Of a DNA stretch of 64,000 bases, positions 28,353 to 38,006 are shown one piece after another. The DNA is taken from the NCBI GenBank assembly GCA_963705355.1, contig OY970070.1, forward strand, positions 1,906,960-1,970,959, given 5' to 3'. Below the pieces are notes generated by a model. The model was not told the origin of the DNA and searched no databases. It worked only from the letters and a program-made list of their open reading frames with translations. Positions within the stretch are counted from its first letter, which is position 1. Every line of letters begins with the position of its first letter. The position numbers were made by a program, and so were the translations under genes. Origin of the DNA: an uncultured Thermoplasmata archaeon (GTDB lineage: Archaea; Thermoplasmatota; Thermoplasmata; UBA10834).

Positions 28353-28991
28353 ATGATATGCGGGGTCGATGAGGCGGGCAGAGGGCCGGTGATCGGCCCG
28401 ATGGTGGTCTGCGCGATCGCGGTCGACTCAGACGCCTCCCTCATCCGCCTCGGCGTCAAAGACTCAAAGAAGCTCGCGCCACATAAACGCGAAGAGCTCG
28501 CACCCAAGATACGCAAGCTGGCCCAGGTCGAACTCATCGAGGTGTCCGCGGAGGAGATCGACCTGAGAGGCTGCTCCCTGAACGAGCTCGAAGCGGATGT
28601 CTTTGCGAAGCTCATCGAACGGATCTCTCCGGACGTGGCATACGTCGATGCGGCAGATGTGAGCGAGGAGCAGTTCGCGAAAATGATCCAAACGAAGATG
28701 AAATGCAAACCGAGGATCGTCTCAGAGCACAAAGCGGACGACACCTACCCCGTCGTCATGGCGGCCTCGATCATCGCCAAAGTCACTAGGGACGCCCGCG
28801 TGAGAGAGATAGAGAAGGAACTCGGCGAGCCCATTGGCTCGGGCTACGCGCATGACGAGATCACCATAGCATTCCTTGAACGGTTCATAGCAGACCACAA
28901 GTGCTGCCCCCCGTACACCCGCAAGTCCTGGGAGACAGCCAAAAACCTAATGATGTTGAACTCTTTGCGGAAGCTCGATACATTCAAGTGA
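28353..28991 (+). CDS. rnhB: Ribonuclease HII
   Basis: GVDEAGRGPVIGP, DSKKL, HKAD, AASIIAKV.RD, GSGY. Confidence 0.95.
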   Translation: MICGVDEAGRGPVIGPMVVCAIAVDSDASLIRLGVKDSKKLAPHKREELAPKIRKLAQVELIEVSAEEIDLRGCSLNELEADVFAKLIERISPDVAYVDAADVSEEQFAKMIQTKMKCKPRIVSEHKADDTYPVVMAASIIAKVTRDARVREIEKELGEPIGSGYAHDEITIAFLERFIADHKCCPPYTRKSWETAKNLMMLNSLRKLDTFK

Positions 28992-28995
28992 TCAA

Positions 28996-29328
28996 ATGGT
29001 CGAAGAGCTCCTGAAAGAGACCATCGCGAGGTTCAACAAGAAGGCGGCCGAGGACCCCAACTTGCGGGCGGAACTCCAGAACATCAAGAAGACGATTCAG
29101 ATAGAGGTCACTGACGGGCAGCTGTACCACTTCGTCCTCGAGAACGCGCACGTGGGCGAGCTGAACAAAGGTCCGGCGCAGAATCCGGACATCAGGATCA
29201 TCGCGAGCAAGGAGACGATTCATCAGCTGAGGAGCGGGGAACTGAGAGTCATGAAAGCCTATGCAACCAGAAGACTCCAGGTGAAGGGTTCGATAGAGGA
29301 TTTGCTCAGGCTCAGGAAGTTCTTTTGA
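28996..29328 (+). CDS. SCP2 sterol/lipid-binding domain protein
   Basis: PDIRI...ET...L.SGEL..MKAY.T.RL.VKG...DLLRL. Confidence 0.8.
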   Translation: MVEELLKETIARFNKKAAEDPNLRAELQNIKKTIQIEVTDGQLYHFVLENAHVGELNKGPAQNPDIRIIASKETIHQLRSGELRVMKAYATRRLQVKGSIEDLLRLRKFF

Positions 29329-29389
29329 AACGATTCACCGCTCTGTCACACGGATACTTTTAACTACACAATCATCGTTAGTCGGAAAC

Positions 29390-29464
29390 AGCGGGGTGGG
29401 GTAGCTTGGAAATCCCATCAGGCTCATAACCTGAAGATCGCTAGTTCAAATCTAGCCCCCGCTA
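29390..29464 (+). tRNA. Initiator tRNA-Met(CAT)
   Basis: A1:U72 (AGCGGGG/CCCCGCT), TCAGG-CTCATAA-CCTGA, TTCAAAT T-loop; CCA not encoded. Confidence 0.93.
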
Positions 29465-29493
29465 ATTAGAGCTTTTATATAATAATGTCCGAA

Positions 29494-30639
29494 TTATATA
29501 TTGCCAGATTGCAGAATGAGTCTCTTTCTTTCTTGGATCACCAGCGCCAATCCAACCAGTCTTCTTGCATCATGAGAACAGAATCTCAACTCCCAAATGC
29601 AACTCCAGAATCCGTCATTCTTCAGGGCAAGTCTGGAGACTCCGCAATTCGGTGCCATTCCGAGTCTTGTGAACAGAAGCCTGACGTCATCCAGGATTTC
29701 ACTCCTGCAGGACGAGGCACAGTAGTCATGGACTGACACTCCGAAGACCGTCGAGTCCCTGAGGGTGCCTTTCGATATGCGCCTTGGATCTTTCTCGGTT
29801 GGAGGGGAGGGCAGGATTCCAAGATCAAGGTGTGTGTGTCTGGACTGGGCGATCACGAATGATTTGTTTCCTGTCGAGTGCAATCCGCTGGCGCTCCCTT
29901 CGCCATCGCACCAGGGCTGGAGCGCAGCGATCCATGTCAGCCTATCGTTGGATTTCATGACCCAGGTTGGCAGATGAAGCTCCCTTGCGGACTTGTCGCC
30001 GGGCAAGACTCCGTTCTCAATGAGCCATTCGGCAACGAACCTTGAATAGATGAATCCTCTGATTGCGGCTGCCCCATTCCCCGGCTTCTGTGGGGGCCCA
30101 ATGTCATGAAGGAAGACGTCCCTGCACAGCGACCTAAAGTGATCATATAAATCAGTCTCGTGCGCGGCGAATGTGACATTGACCGCGCATTCTCCCCATT
30201 TCTGCTTCTGGAGCCACACAGACCCTTCGGCCAAGACGTATGAGACGATAGCCGCTGCCTTCCTTCTGAGGTCGTCATCTTTCTCCAGCTCATCTTTGGT
30301 CGGCAGCCTCAACTTGTCCCGGCACATCTCACGAAAAACGCTGATTGCATGCTCGTTCGCCCAGGTCCTATCCTTGGTTATCCCTTTGCCCGTGATTCTC
30401 TCCCCAAGGTCTTTGTCTCCTGCAATCTGGAGCATCTGGTTGAGTATGGAAATCGGCATCGTGAGTCTCCCGATTCGATAGTAGTATACGGACGATTTCG
30501 GCATGTTCAGGTGCTTGGCCAGCTCTTGGCAGTTGCCGAATTTCGCTGCGGCCTTTTCGACCAGTTCCTTCTGCAGTTCCTGTGGCAGTGCGATTCTGTC
30601 CTCTTTTCTGTACGCGCCTCTGGTGCCTCGTGTTGTCAT
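29494..30639 (-). CDS. Free-standing double-motif LAGLIDADG-like protein with N-terminal HTH
   Basis: HTH CQELAKHLNMPKSSVYYYR; IVSYVLAEGS and ALQPWCDGEGS motifs; no intein splicing ends; start 30639 or 30663. Confidence 0.65.
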   Translation of the reverse strand: MTTRGTRGAYRKEDRIALPQELQKELVEKAAAKFGNCQELAKHLNMPKSSVYYYRIGRLTMPISILNQMLQIAGDKDLGERITGKGITKDRTWANEHAISVFREMCRDKLRLPTKDELEKDDDLRRKAAAIVSYVLAEGSVWLQKQKWGECAVNVTFAAHETDLYDHFRSLCRDVFLHDIGPPQKPGNGAAAIRGFIYSRFVAEWLIENGVLPGDKSARELHLPTWVMKSNDRLTWIAALQPWCDGEGSASGLHSTGNKSFVIAQSRHTHLDLGILPSPPTEKDPRRISKGTLRDSTVFGVSVHDYCASSCRSEILDDVRLLFTRLGMAPNCGVSRLALKNDGFWSCIWELRFCSHDARRLVGLALVIQERKRLILQSGNI

Positions 30640-30780
30640 GGTATCCAGAGGGTTGATTCTCACATAGCCAGATAGTAGCCAGCACTACCTGCAGGCTACA
30701 TCCAGATGTTTGGAAAACAGGCTCCGCTCGGGCCCATCAATAGAAATTCTGATATAGCGGATAAGACACATACGAGGCCC

Positions 30781-31026
30781 GTGACTTTTCACCAGACATG
30801 CAAGGATGTCAAGAAGGTGCGGCAGCTGTGTCCTGTCTGTCTATTTTGGGATCCGCGTCCCGAGGAGGGGTCTGGCCCGGGTTTCGGGTACTGCGAGAAG
30901 AAGGACTTGATGACTCGGATCAGGTGCGAGTGCGATGTGTTTGAGGAGGCCACGCAGATGAAGGTCGAGGCCCGCAACAGGAAGATCTATGGTCAGATCA
31001 ACGAGGAAGGCGAAGAGGAGGATTGA
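30781..31026 (+). CDS. Small Cys-rich hypothetical protein
   Basis: CPVCLFW...GYCEKK...CECDVF, acidic tail; start uncertain. Confidence 0.5.
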   Translation: MTFHQTCKDVKKVRQLCPVCLFWDPRPEEGSGPGFGYCEKKDLMTRIRCECDVFEEATQMKVEARNRKIYGQINEEGEEED

Positions 31027-31094
31027 TTGCTGGCCTGTGGTGCGCAACCATTAAGTGGCGGCACTCATGTAGGTTTTTGTCCGGTGGGTTTCTG

Positions 31095-32285
31095 ATGAAG
31101 GCGGTAGTGCTGGCTGCGGGGGAAGGCATGAGGCTTCGGCCGCTGACGGTGTCTGAGCCGAAGGTCATGATCCCGATTGCCAACCGGCCGATATTGGAGT
31201 ACGTTGTCGATTCTCTCGTGAAGAACGATGTTCACGAGATCATCATGGTCGTGGGCTATCGCAAGGAGCGGATAATGTCCCACTTCGAGGACGGGAAGAA
31301 GTTCGGTGCGAAGATCGAGTATGTCGTGCAGGAGAAGCAGCTGGGGAACGGGCATGCGCTTTCCTGCGCGAAGGACCGGCTGTCCGGGGAGTTTCTCGTG
31401 CTTCCAGGGGACAATGTGATTGACAGGCGCGCGGTCAGCGACCTTCTTAGGGCTAGAGCATGTCCAAGCGCGCTCGTTGTCGAGAGCGAGAACCCGTCGA
31501 AGTACGGCGTTGTGACGCTCGAGAAGGGCGCGATCAAGGGGGTTTACGAGAAGCCGACCGAGATGATATCCAACATCATCCTCACGGGCATGTACTGCCT
31601 GAGCGACAGGATATTCCAGTTCGTCGACCAGTGCATTTCCATGGGCGAATATGGCCTCAGCAACGCGGTCCAGGCCAGCTTGGGGTACGATCCTCTGACA
31701 CCTGTGTTCTCGGACGGTCTGTGGATTGACGCGGTGTATCCTTGGGATTTGCTAGAGCTGAACGCGGCCGCGCTCGAGAACCTGCCCGTGCGCACCGCCG
31801 GCAAGATAGAGTCTCAGGTCGTGATCCAGGGACCCGTCGGCATCGGCGAGGAGACGGTGATCAGGGCGGGCACGACGATCTACGGGCCTGTGCTCATAGG
31901 CGACGGTTGCGACATCGGGCCCAATGTGACGATCTTTCCGTCCACTAGCATCGGGAACAGCGTCACGGTCGAGCCTTACACGGTCGTCAAGAACAGCATA
32001 CTGATGAGCAACTGCAGCATCGGAGCGCACTCGTACCTGTCTCACTGCGTGCTCGGATATGGCGTGAAGTCGCAGTCTCACCTGATGGGCGCTGGCGCCG
32101 AGGCCTACGTCAATATCGGGGACGAGTTCTTCAAGGTCCCCCACATAGGATCGATAATGGGCGAGGACACTGCATTCGGCACGGGCGTCTCCGTCGAGCC
32201 TGGGACGATCGTCGGTGCTGGATGCAAGATATCGAGCGGGTCGAAGATCATCAGGAACCTGCCGAACAGGTCGCTCGTCACCTAG
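31095..32285 (+). CDS. glmU: Bifunctional sugar-1-phosphate nucleotidylyltransferase/acetyltransferase (archaeal GlmU-like)
   Basis: LAAGEGMRLRPLT..PK, YPWDLL, hexapeptide repeats; upstream of glmS. Confidence 0.85.
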   Translation: MKAVVLAAGEGMRLRPLTVSEPKVMIPIANRPILEYVVDSLVKNDVHEIIMVVGYRKERIMSHFEDGKKFGAKIEYVVQEKQLGNGHALSCAKDRLSGEFLVLPGDNVIDRRAVSDLLRARACPSALVVESENPSKYGVVTLEKGAIKGVYEKPTEMISNIILTGMYCLSDRIFQFVDQCISMGEYGLSNAVQASLGYDPLTPVFSDGLWIDAVYPWDLLELNAAALENLPVRTAGKIESQVVIQGPVGIGEETVIRAGTTIYGPVLIGDGCDIGPNVTIFPSTSIGNSVTVEPYTVVKNSILMSNCSIGAHSYLSHCVLGYGVKSQSHLMGAGAEAYVNIGDEFFKVPHIGSIMGEDTAFGTGVSVEPGTIVGAGCKISSGSKIIRNLPNRSLVT

Positions 32286-32297
32286 AGGTCATTTCGA

Positions 32298-34088
32298 ATG
32301 TGTGGCATAGTTGGTTACGCGGGGTGGCGCGATGCGCAGCCCATACTCTTGGATTGCCTGAAGCGGCTGGAGTACAGAGGGTACGATTCGGCTGGGCTGG
32401 CGGTCGTTGGAGACCAGCTCCAGCTGTTCAAGAGCAAGGGCGAGATCGCGGTGCTCGAGGCCGAGATGCCCGTGATGAAGGGCGTCGTGGGGATCGCGCA
32501 CACGAGGTGGGCCACGCAGGGTAAACCGACCACGGAGAACGCGCACCCCCTCGCCGACTGCTCGAACAGGCTGGCCGTCGCTCATAACGGCATCATCAGC
32601 AACTTCATGGATGTGCGTGAGGAGCTGCAGAAGAGCGGCCACAACTTCACATCGGACACCGACACCGAGGTGTTCGCGCACTTGGTGGAGTCGGAGTTCA
32701 AGGATGACCTCGTGAAGGCCGTGCGGAAAGCGCTCGAAAAGGTCGACGGGACGTATGCTTTCGCAGTCGTCTGCGCGGGGTGTGACCAAGTCGTCGCAAC
32801 GAGGCGCGAGAGCCCGCTCGTGGTCGGGCTGGGCGAGGGCGAGAACTTCATCGCCAGCGATGTCACCGCTCTGCTGAAGTACACCAACCGGATGATCTAC
32901 ATCCACGACGGCGAGGTCGTCAGCATCACGAAAGATTCGGTGAGAATAATAGATAGTCAAGGCAACGAGGTCCAAAGGGAGCCAGAGAAGATCACCTGGA
33001 GCCTCGAGGACGCCGAGAAGGGCGGATACCCGCACTTCATGCTCAAGGAGATCTTCGAGCAGCCCGATGCGATCCATGATTCGCTGCTTGGCAGGATCGA
33101 GTCGGTCGAGCCGGAGCCGTTCTTGCAGGGCGACCACTTCTCGAGCGTGAAGATAGTCGCGTGCGGAACATCCTATCATGCTGGCCTCGTCGGCAAGTAC
33201 ATCATCGAGGAGCTTGCGCGGATCCCGACGACTGTCCAGATATCTTCCGAGTACAGGTATTCGTCCGTTTCGAGGGAGAATCCGCTTGTCGTGTTGATCA
33301 CTCAGAGCGGTGAGACCGCAGACACCCTCGGGGCGGCGAGGGAGGCCAAGAAGCGCGGCAACAAGACGCTTGGCATCGCGAATGTGGTCGGGTCTGCGAT
33401 CACCAGGGAGGTGGACCGTACCATTTACACTCGAGCTGGGCCCGAGATCGGCGTCGCGGCGACCAAGACCTTCGTGACCCAGCTCGTTGCGCTGTATCTT
33501 CTGGCCATGGAGCTCGGGATCGAGAACAGGTCATTGACCGCGCAGGCGAGGAGGTCCATGATTGGGATACTGAGGAACCTGCCCAGGTCGGTGCAGGACG
33601 TGCTGAACCAGGCCTCGGAGATCGAGGCGCTGGCAAACAAGTACGCCTCGGCCCGAGACATGTTCTTCATCGGCAGGAGCATAAACTATCCGACAGCCCT
33701 CGAGGGCGCTCTAAAGACAAAGGAGATCTCGTATATCCACGGAGAGGGGTTCCCCGCGGGCGAGCTGAAGCATGGACCGCTGGCTCTGATCTCGAAGGAC
33801 TCCCCAGTGGTGGCTGTCGCCATCAGGGACCACACGTACGAGAAGATGCTTGGGAACATTAGCGAGGTCTCCGCTAGGGGAAGTCCCGTTATTGCGATAG
33901 GTTTCGAGGGAGACACGGAGCTCCCGAGGTACGTGGACGACGCCATCTGGATAAGGGAGATTCCGCCCGTGTTCTCGCCCGTGCCTGTGATCGTCGTGTT
34001 GCAGCTATGGGCATATTACTTAGCCAAGGCGCGTGGGTGCCCGATCGACAAGCCAAGGAACATCGCTAAGACGGTGACGGTGGAGTAG
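32298..34088 (+). CDS. glmS: Glutamine--fructose-6-phosphate aminotransferase
   Basis: MCGIVG, LEYRGYDSAG, HTRWAT, QSGETAD, PRNIAKTVTVE. Confidence 0.97.
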   Translation: MCGIVGYAGWRDAQPILLDCLKRLEYRGYDSAGLAVVGDQLQLFKSKGEIAVLEAEMPVMKGVVGIAHTRWATQGKPTTENAHPLADCSNRLAVAHNGIISNFMDVREELQKSGHNFTSDTDTEVFAHLVESEFKDDLVKAVRKALEKVDGTYAFAVVCAGCDQVVATRRESPLVVGLGEGENFIASDVTALLKYTNRMIYIHDGEVVSITKDSVRIIDSQGNEVQREPEKITWSLEDAEKGGYPHFMLKEIFEQPDAIHDSLLGRIESVEPEPFLQGDHFSSVKIVACGTSYHAGLVGKYIIEELARIPTTVQISSEYRYSSVSRENPLVVLITQSGETADTLGAAREAKKRGNKTLGIANVVGSAITREVDRTIYTRAGPEIGVAATKTFVTQLVALYLLAMELGIENRSLTAQARRSMIGILRNLPRSVQDVLNQASEIEALANKYASARDMFFIGRSINYPTALEGALKTKEISYIHGEGFPAGELKHGPLALISKDSPVVAVAIRDHTYEKMLGNISEVSARGSPVIAIGFEGDTELPRYVDDAIWIREIPPVFSPVPVIVVLQLWAYYLAKARGCPIDKPRNIAKTVTVE

Positions 34089-34092
34089 CAGC

Positions 34093-35088
34093 TCACGCGA
34101 GCCTTTCCGGGCACGCTTCTCTTCGGGAGCAGTTCCTGCACTTGCCCGGCCTCTCATGGTTCCTGTGCGCGTTCCCAGTCTCCATGGTCTTCCGCATCTC
34201 ACCCAGCTTCTCCAGGAGCACTTTCTTGAGATCCTCATTGAACTCGATCTCGTGCTCGTGCTCCGGATACCTGATGATTCCGTAAGGCGGAGCCTTGCCC
34301 GTGCTCTCCTCGATAAGCAGAGAGTACGCCGCGACCTGAAGGATGTGCGAGAACAACGGCCCTCGCGGAGTCCTGCCGGTCTTAACCTCGACAGGGATCA
34401 GGTTCTGGTTTGCCTTGATCACGTAGTCCGGTCTTCCCGATAGACCGTACTTCTCGGACTTGAAGACCTTCGATTCGCCCATGTCGATATACTCTATCTT
34501 CCCTCGGACACTGTATTCTTTCTTCAGGGACTCGACGATGCCGGTAGATCTCAGAGTCCTGTACATGAAAAACGACGCCCCCACCAGCCATATGATCGCA
34601 GTCGCCTCCAGCGCCTCAGCAAGCCTGACATCTGTTATCAGGAACGCGACGGCGTTGACGGCGATGAGCACTGCTATGATCGCGAAAGTGAGAATGAGTT
34701 TCTCGTAGTTCACAACGCTGCTGTGAATTGTCGACTTCGTTGCCCTGTACAAGAAGTAAGTTGCTGCGAGCATCCAGATTAGCGCAACCACACCGAGCAC
34801 TTGACTGAGGGTCAGCGAGTTCTTCGTGGGAAGAACATCCAGCCCGACAATGGAGATGAGGGTGGCCACGACTGCCCACCAGAAAACAAGCCTCTCCGAC
34901 TCCCGGGCGGTCTTCTCGCCCGAGTCGATCTTCCAAAGGGATTTGCCGAGCTTTTCGTGACCCTTGATTCCCTCCGCGAGCTCCTGGGTCTCCCCTTCGA
35001 AATCCTGGCTCAGCCACCAGCTCAGGGGGCAATAGCTGTACTTCTCGAGATCCCCGGCCGAGATGAACTTGCTCGGGCCACGCGCCAT
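34093..35088 (-). CDS. Cas4-like RecB-family nuclease with four inserted TM helices
   Basis: YSYCP + CRNCSRREAC Fe-S staple, LSGRPDY, PVEVKTG, QVAAY. Confidence 0.85.
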   Translation of the reverse strand: MARGPSKFISAGDLEKYSYCPLSWWLSQDFEGETQELAEGIKGHEKLGKSLWKIDSGEKTARESERLVFWWAVVATLISIVGLDVLPTKNSLTLSQVLGVVALIWMLAATYFLYRATKSTIHSSVVNYEKLILTFAIIAVLIAVNAVAFLITDVRLAEALEATAIIWLVGASFFMYRTLRSTGIVESLKKEYSVRGKIEYIDMGESKVFKSEKYGLSGRPDYVIKANQNLIPVEVKTGRTPRGPLFSHILQVAAYSLLIEESTGKAPPYGIIRYPEHEHEIEFNEDLKKVLLEKLGEMRKTMETGNAHRNHERPGKCRNCSRREACPERLA

Positions 35089-35112
35089 GCGTGAAATTAC
35101 AATTGTCAAGAG

Positions 35113-35889
35113 TTAATAATGTTTGCCAGGCACGTGGTCCCGTTTGCGGTCGTCGAAGAATGTGCCTGGTAGGAGCATGACGCCTTCGGGTGGCTCTATC
35201 CCTTCGACGAACCCGAACCAGTACACGACGGCTCCCGTGCCGAACATCTCCGTGTAGGGCTTCAGCTGCCTGCGAACATTCTTGCGCAGCTCTATGTCGT
35301 CCCCGAACGAGGCCTTCGACTCGATCCAATGAATCTTCATCCCATCGATCTGGATTGGCTTGTCCAGGAGGCAGTCCGGAGTTTTCTTGTGGGTGTTCCT
35401 GAGGTCGATCTCGGTCCTGTACTTCAGCTGTCTCGCGTCCAACCAGTCTTGGAGCTTCTTCTCACCCCAGACGCCTCTCTCGGTCTGGATCTGAGCCCCT
35501 CTGGGGGAGTAGATCATGTCCTCCTCGGCGATCTGTATTAGCTCCTTTCTTAAACGCCTGTCATGGCACGAGTCCGGGTCTCTGATGTACTTCCAGAACT
35601 GCTTCCTGGGGAGCCCGATTTCCGAGCCCAACATAAGCCCGAGGAGCACCGGAGGGAAGTTGATCATCCTGGCAATCTTGGCCATCGAGGTGTCTCTTCG
35701 CCATTCTCTCGCGATCTTCTTGATGTCCTTCTTGACGATGTAGAACCTTCGCGTCGCATCCCTGACGGTCCTTTGAGTGTAGAGGACCAGGAGGAATTCG
35801 CGGTCCACGCCTAGCTTCTGCGCGAGATGATCTATGTCAGAGGGTTTCTTCAGCTGAGAATATATGTTCTTGTAGTCTTCGTACTTCAT
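35113..35889 (-). CDS. CDIN1/C15orf41 (TPD-domain) PD-(D/E)xK nuclease-like protein
   Basis: KTPDCLL..PI.IDG..IHWIESKASFGD, Y...FG.GAVVYWFGF. Confidence 0.8.
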   Translation of the reverse strand: MKYEDYKNIYSQLKKPSDIDHLAQKLGVDREFLLVLYTQRTVRDATRRFYIVKKDIKKIAREWRRDTSMAKIARMINFPPVLLGLMLGSEIGLPRKQFWKYIRDPDSCHDRRLRKELIQIAEEDMIYSPRGAQIQTERGVWGEKKLQDWLDARQLKYRTEIDLRNTHKKTPDCLLDKPIQIDGMKIHWIESKASFGDDIELRKNVRRQLKPYTEMFGTGAVVYWFGFVEGIEPPEGVMLLPGTFFDDRKRDHVPGKHY

Positions 35890-36093
35890 CAGTTCACAGT
35901 CCAGCAAGCTGCTGAACGAAATGTTCAATATGCTTGATTCTGAGGCTGCGTTATAGTCTCACTCTACTTATGCCTTTGCGGAATACCATTATATTCTCCC
36001 AGTTCTCAAGCACCGCAAGCCTGCCTGCACAACCTTGAAATGGACATAAGTCATGGGCGTTGATGCGACGCGAGGTTTTTGAGGGGTGTTTGA

Positions 36094-37191
36094 TTGCCAG
36101 AAAGTGGCACCAGGAAGATGATCCTGCCGGCGAAGTACGTCCAGGGCCCGGGCGTGCTCAACCAGTTGGGCGCGCACGTCAAGCAGTACGGAGAGAGGCC
36201 GTTCGTCGTGAGCGGCCGGACGAGCTTCTCGAAGGTCAAGGCCCGAGTGCAGGCTAGCCTTTTGTCGGCGGGGATTCCGTTGGTCGGCTTCGACGATGGC
36301 GTCTCAGAATGCACTCGCGCCAAGATCAACGAGGTCTCGGAAAAGGCCCAGGAGCTTGATGCGGACGTCGTCATCGGCTGCGGTGGCGGGAAGGCCGTCG
36401 ATACCGCGAAGGCTGTCGCGGAGAAGCTCCACGTTCCTTCGATATCGGTTCCAACTCAATGCGCGACCAACGCGGACGGGATGGCAGATGCTGTGATCTT
36501 CACGGAGGATCACAACTTCCTTGAGGACTTCTACCTGAGCAGAGCTCCTGTCCTCGTGCTCGTCGATACTGAGGTGGTGGGGAGAGCGCCTCCTCAGTAC
36601 ATCGTTCAGGGCATGGGGGACGCGCTGGCATGCGCCTTCGAGAAGCCGGCCTACGCCGAGTCTCAGAGAGCGAAGAGGGCGAGCGATCAGGCGACGACCG
36701 CCGCTCTTGAGGTCAACCTCAGTTGTTTTCAGACGCTGATGGCCCACGGACTGCAGGCCAAGAAGGATGTCGAATCCGGCAAGATCACCGAAGCTGTCGA
36801 AGCAGTGGTCGAGGCCATCAAGCTCAAGAGCGGATTCGGATTCGGAGGCGGAGGCTGCGCTGCTGCTCATGCTGTCCACAACGGTCTAACGGTAGTGCCT
36901 GGAATCGCCAGGAAGCACGGCGAGATCGTGGCCTTCGGCACCCTTGTCCAGATGATCCTGGAGAGGCGCCCGTTGGGCGAGATAGAGAGAGTCATGCGGT
37001 GGTGCAAATCAATAGGCCTCCCCGTACGACTTCAGGACCTCGGAAAGCTCGACAGGAGTCACTTGTCGCTTGCGGCTGAGAAGGCGTGCGATCCGAAGGA
37101 TTCGATGGCTAGCATGCCATTCCTCGTGACGCCCAAGATGGTCCTCGACGCGATCGACGAAATCGATAGGTTGGGAAATGCACTGTCATAG
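36094..37191 (+). CDS. gldA: Glycerol dehydrogenase family
   Basis: P.KYVQGPG, GGGKAVDTAK, GMGDAL, AAAHAVHNGLT, HGEIVAFG; TTG start with GAGGGGTG SD. Confidence 0.85.
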   Translation: MPESGTRKMILPAKYVQGPGVLNQLGAHVKQYGERPFVVSGRTSFSKVKARVQASLLSAGIPLVGFDDGVSECTRAKINEVSEKAQELDADVVIGCGGGKAVDTAKAVAEKLHVPSISVPTQCATNADGMADAVIFTEDHNFLEDFYLSRAPVLVLVDTEVVGRAPPQYIVQGMGDALACAFEKPAYAESQRAKRASDQATTAALEVNLSCFQTLMAHGLQAKKDVESGKITEAVEAVVEAIKLKSGFGFGGGGCAAAHAVHNGLTVVPGIARKHGEIVAFGTLVQMILERRPLGEIERVMRWCKSIGLPVRLQDLGKLDRSHLSLAAEKACDPKDSMASMPFLVTPKMVLDAIDEIDRLGNALS

Positions 37192-37320
37192 GCCCGGGCC
37201 GATGTCCAGGGTCAGGTTGCTGGCCGATGTTAGATAAGCCTATATATGGCCATCACGATTCTTGAGTGAAGTCGTCTTCGGACGGCGTAAGAAGGGATGA
37301 GTTAGAGGAGGCATTCGAAA

Positions 37321-37956
37321 ATGAACAGTCCAATGGGCACGATTTTCGCTCACGGAACCACACCACCGTGGCTTCCGCGAGAGGTTGCTGAAGGCCGCAA
37401 GTTTGCATGGTGGGCACAGATAATGTTCTTCTTGATGGCAGCTGTATGGTTCATCTTGGCCATTGCATCCATCACAATCTACGTCGCCGACGGCGGTCGC
37501 GGTGTGCTCATCGTTGGTGTCTTCGGGTTCTTCGGTATGCTCATCTGCTTCCTGGCTGGCGTGTTCATGAAGAAGACGGTCATCGACGCGATAGACCAGG
37601 GCAGGTTCCATGACGCGAAGAACGACAGCCTCGTTTGGATCATATTCGGGCTTGTCGGATTCGTCATACCCGCGCTCTTCCTGATACTCACATACGCGAA
37701 GCTCGGGGACGCCCTGGCAACGCAGGCGCCTGTAGGCTACCAGCCATATTCGCCTGGGACTGTGGCAGTCCAGCAGCCGGCTCCTTACGCTCCGCCGCCT
37801 GCGCCGATCCAGTCGCCTGCACCGGTCCAGCCAGCCGCGCAGGGCCCACCGCAGTACCATGCGCACCAGACCCCGATGGTCAGGTGCAAGAACTGCAATG
37901 TGCAGTACCCTGTGTTCATGCACTCCTGTCCGAACTGTGGCGCGCCAAAAGAGTAA
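37321..37956 (+). CDS. Membrane protein with Pro/Gln-rich linker and C-terminal Zn ribbon
   Basis: Three TM helices, PAP repeats, CKNC...CPNCG. Confidence 0.7.
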   Translation: MNSPMGTIFAHGTTPPWLPREVAEGRKFAWWAQIMFFLMAAVWFILAIASITIYVADGGRGVLIVGVFGFFGMLICFLAGVFMKKTVIDAIDQGRFHDAKNDSLVWIIFGLVGFVIPALFLILTYAKLGDALATQAPVGYQPYSPGTVAVQQPAPYAPPPAPIQSPAPVQPAAQGPPQYHAHQTPMVRCKNCNVQYPVFMHSCPNCGAPKE

Positions 37957-38006
37957 AACTATTTCCCTTTCCATCCTTTTCTGCTTTTCACGGGTTAGTG
38001 TGAATC

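Noticed and set aside
17196..35088. CRISPR-Cas locus suggested by the CARF and Cas4 genes
   Set aside because: No repeat-spacer array and no cas1/2/3/10 or RAMP genes seen in the window.
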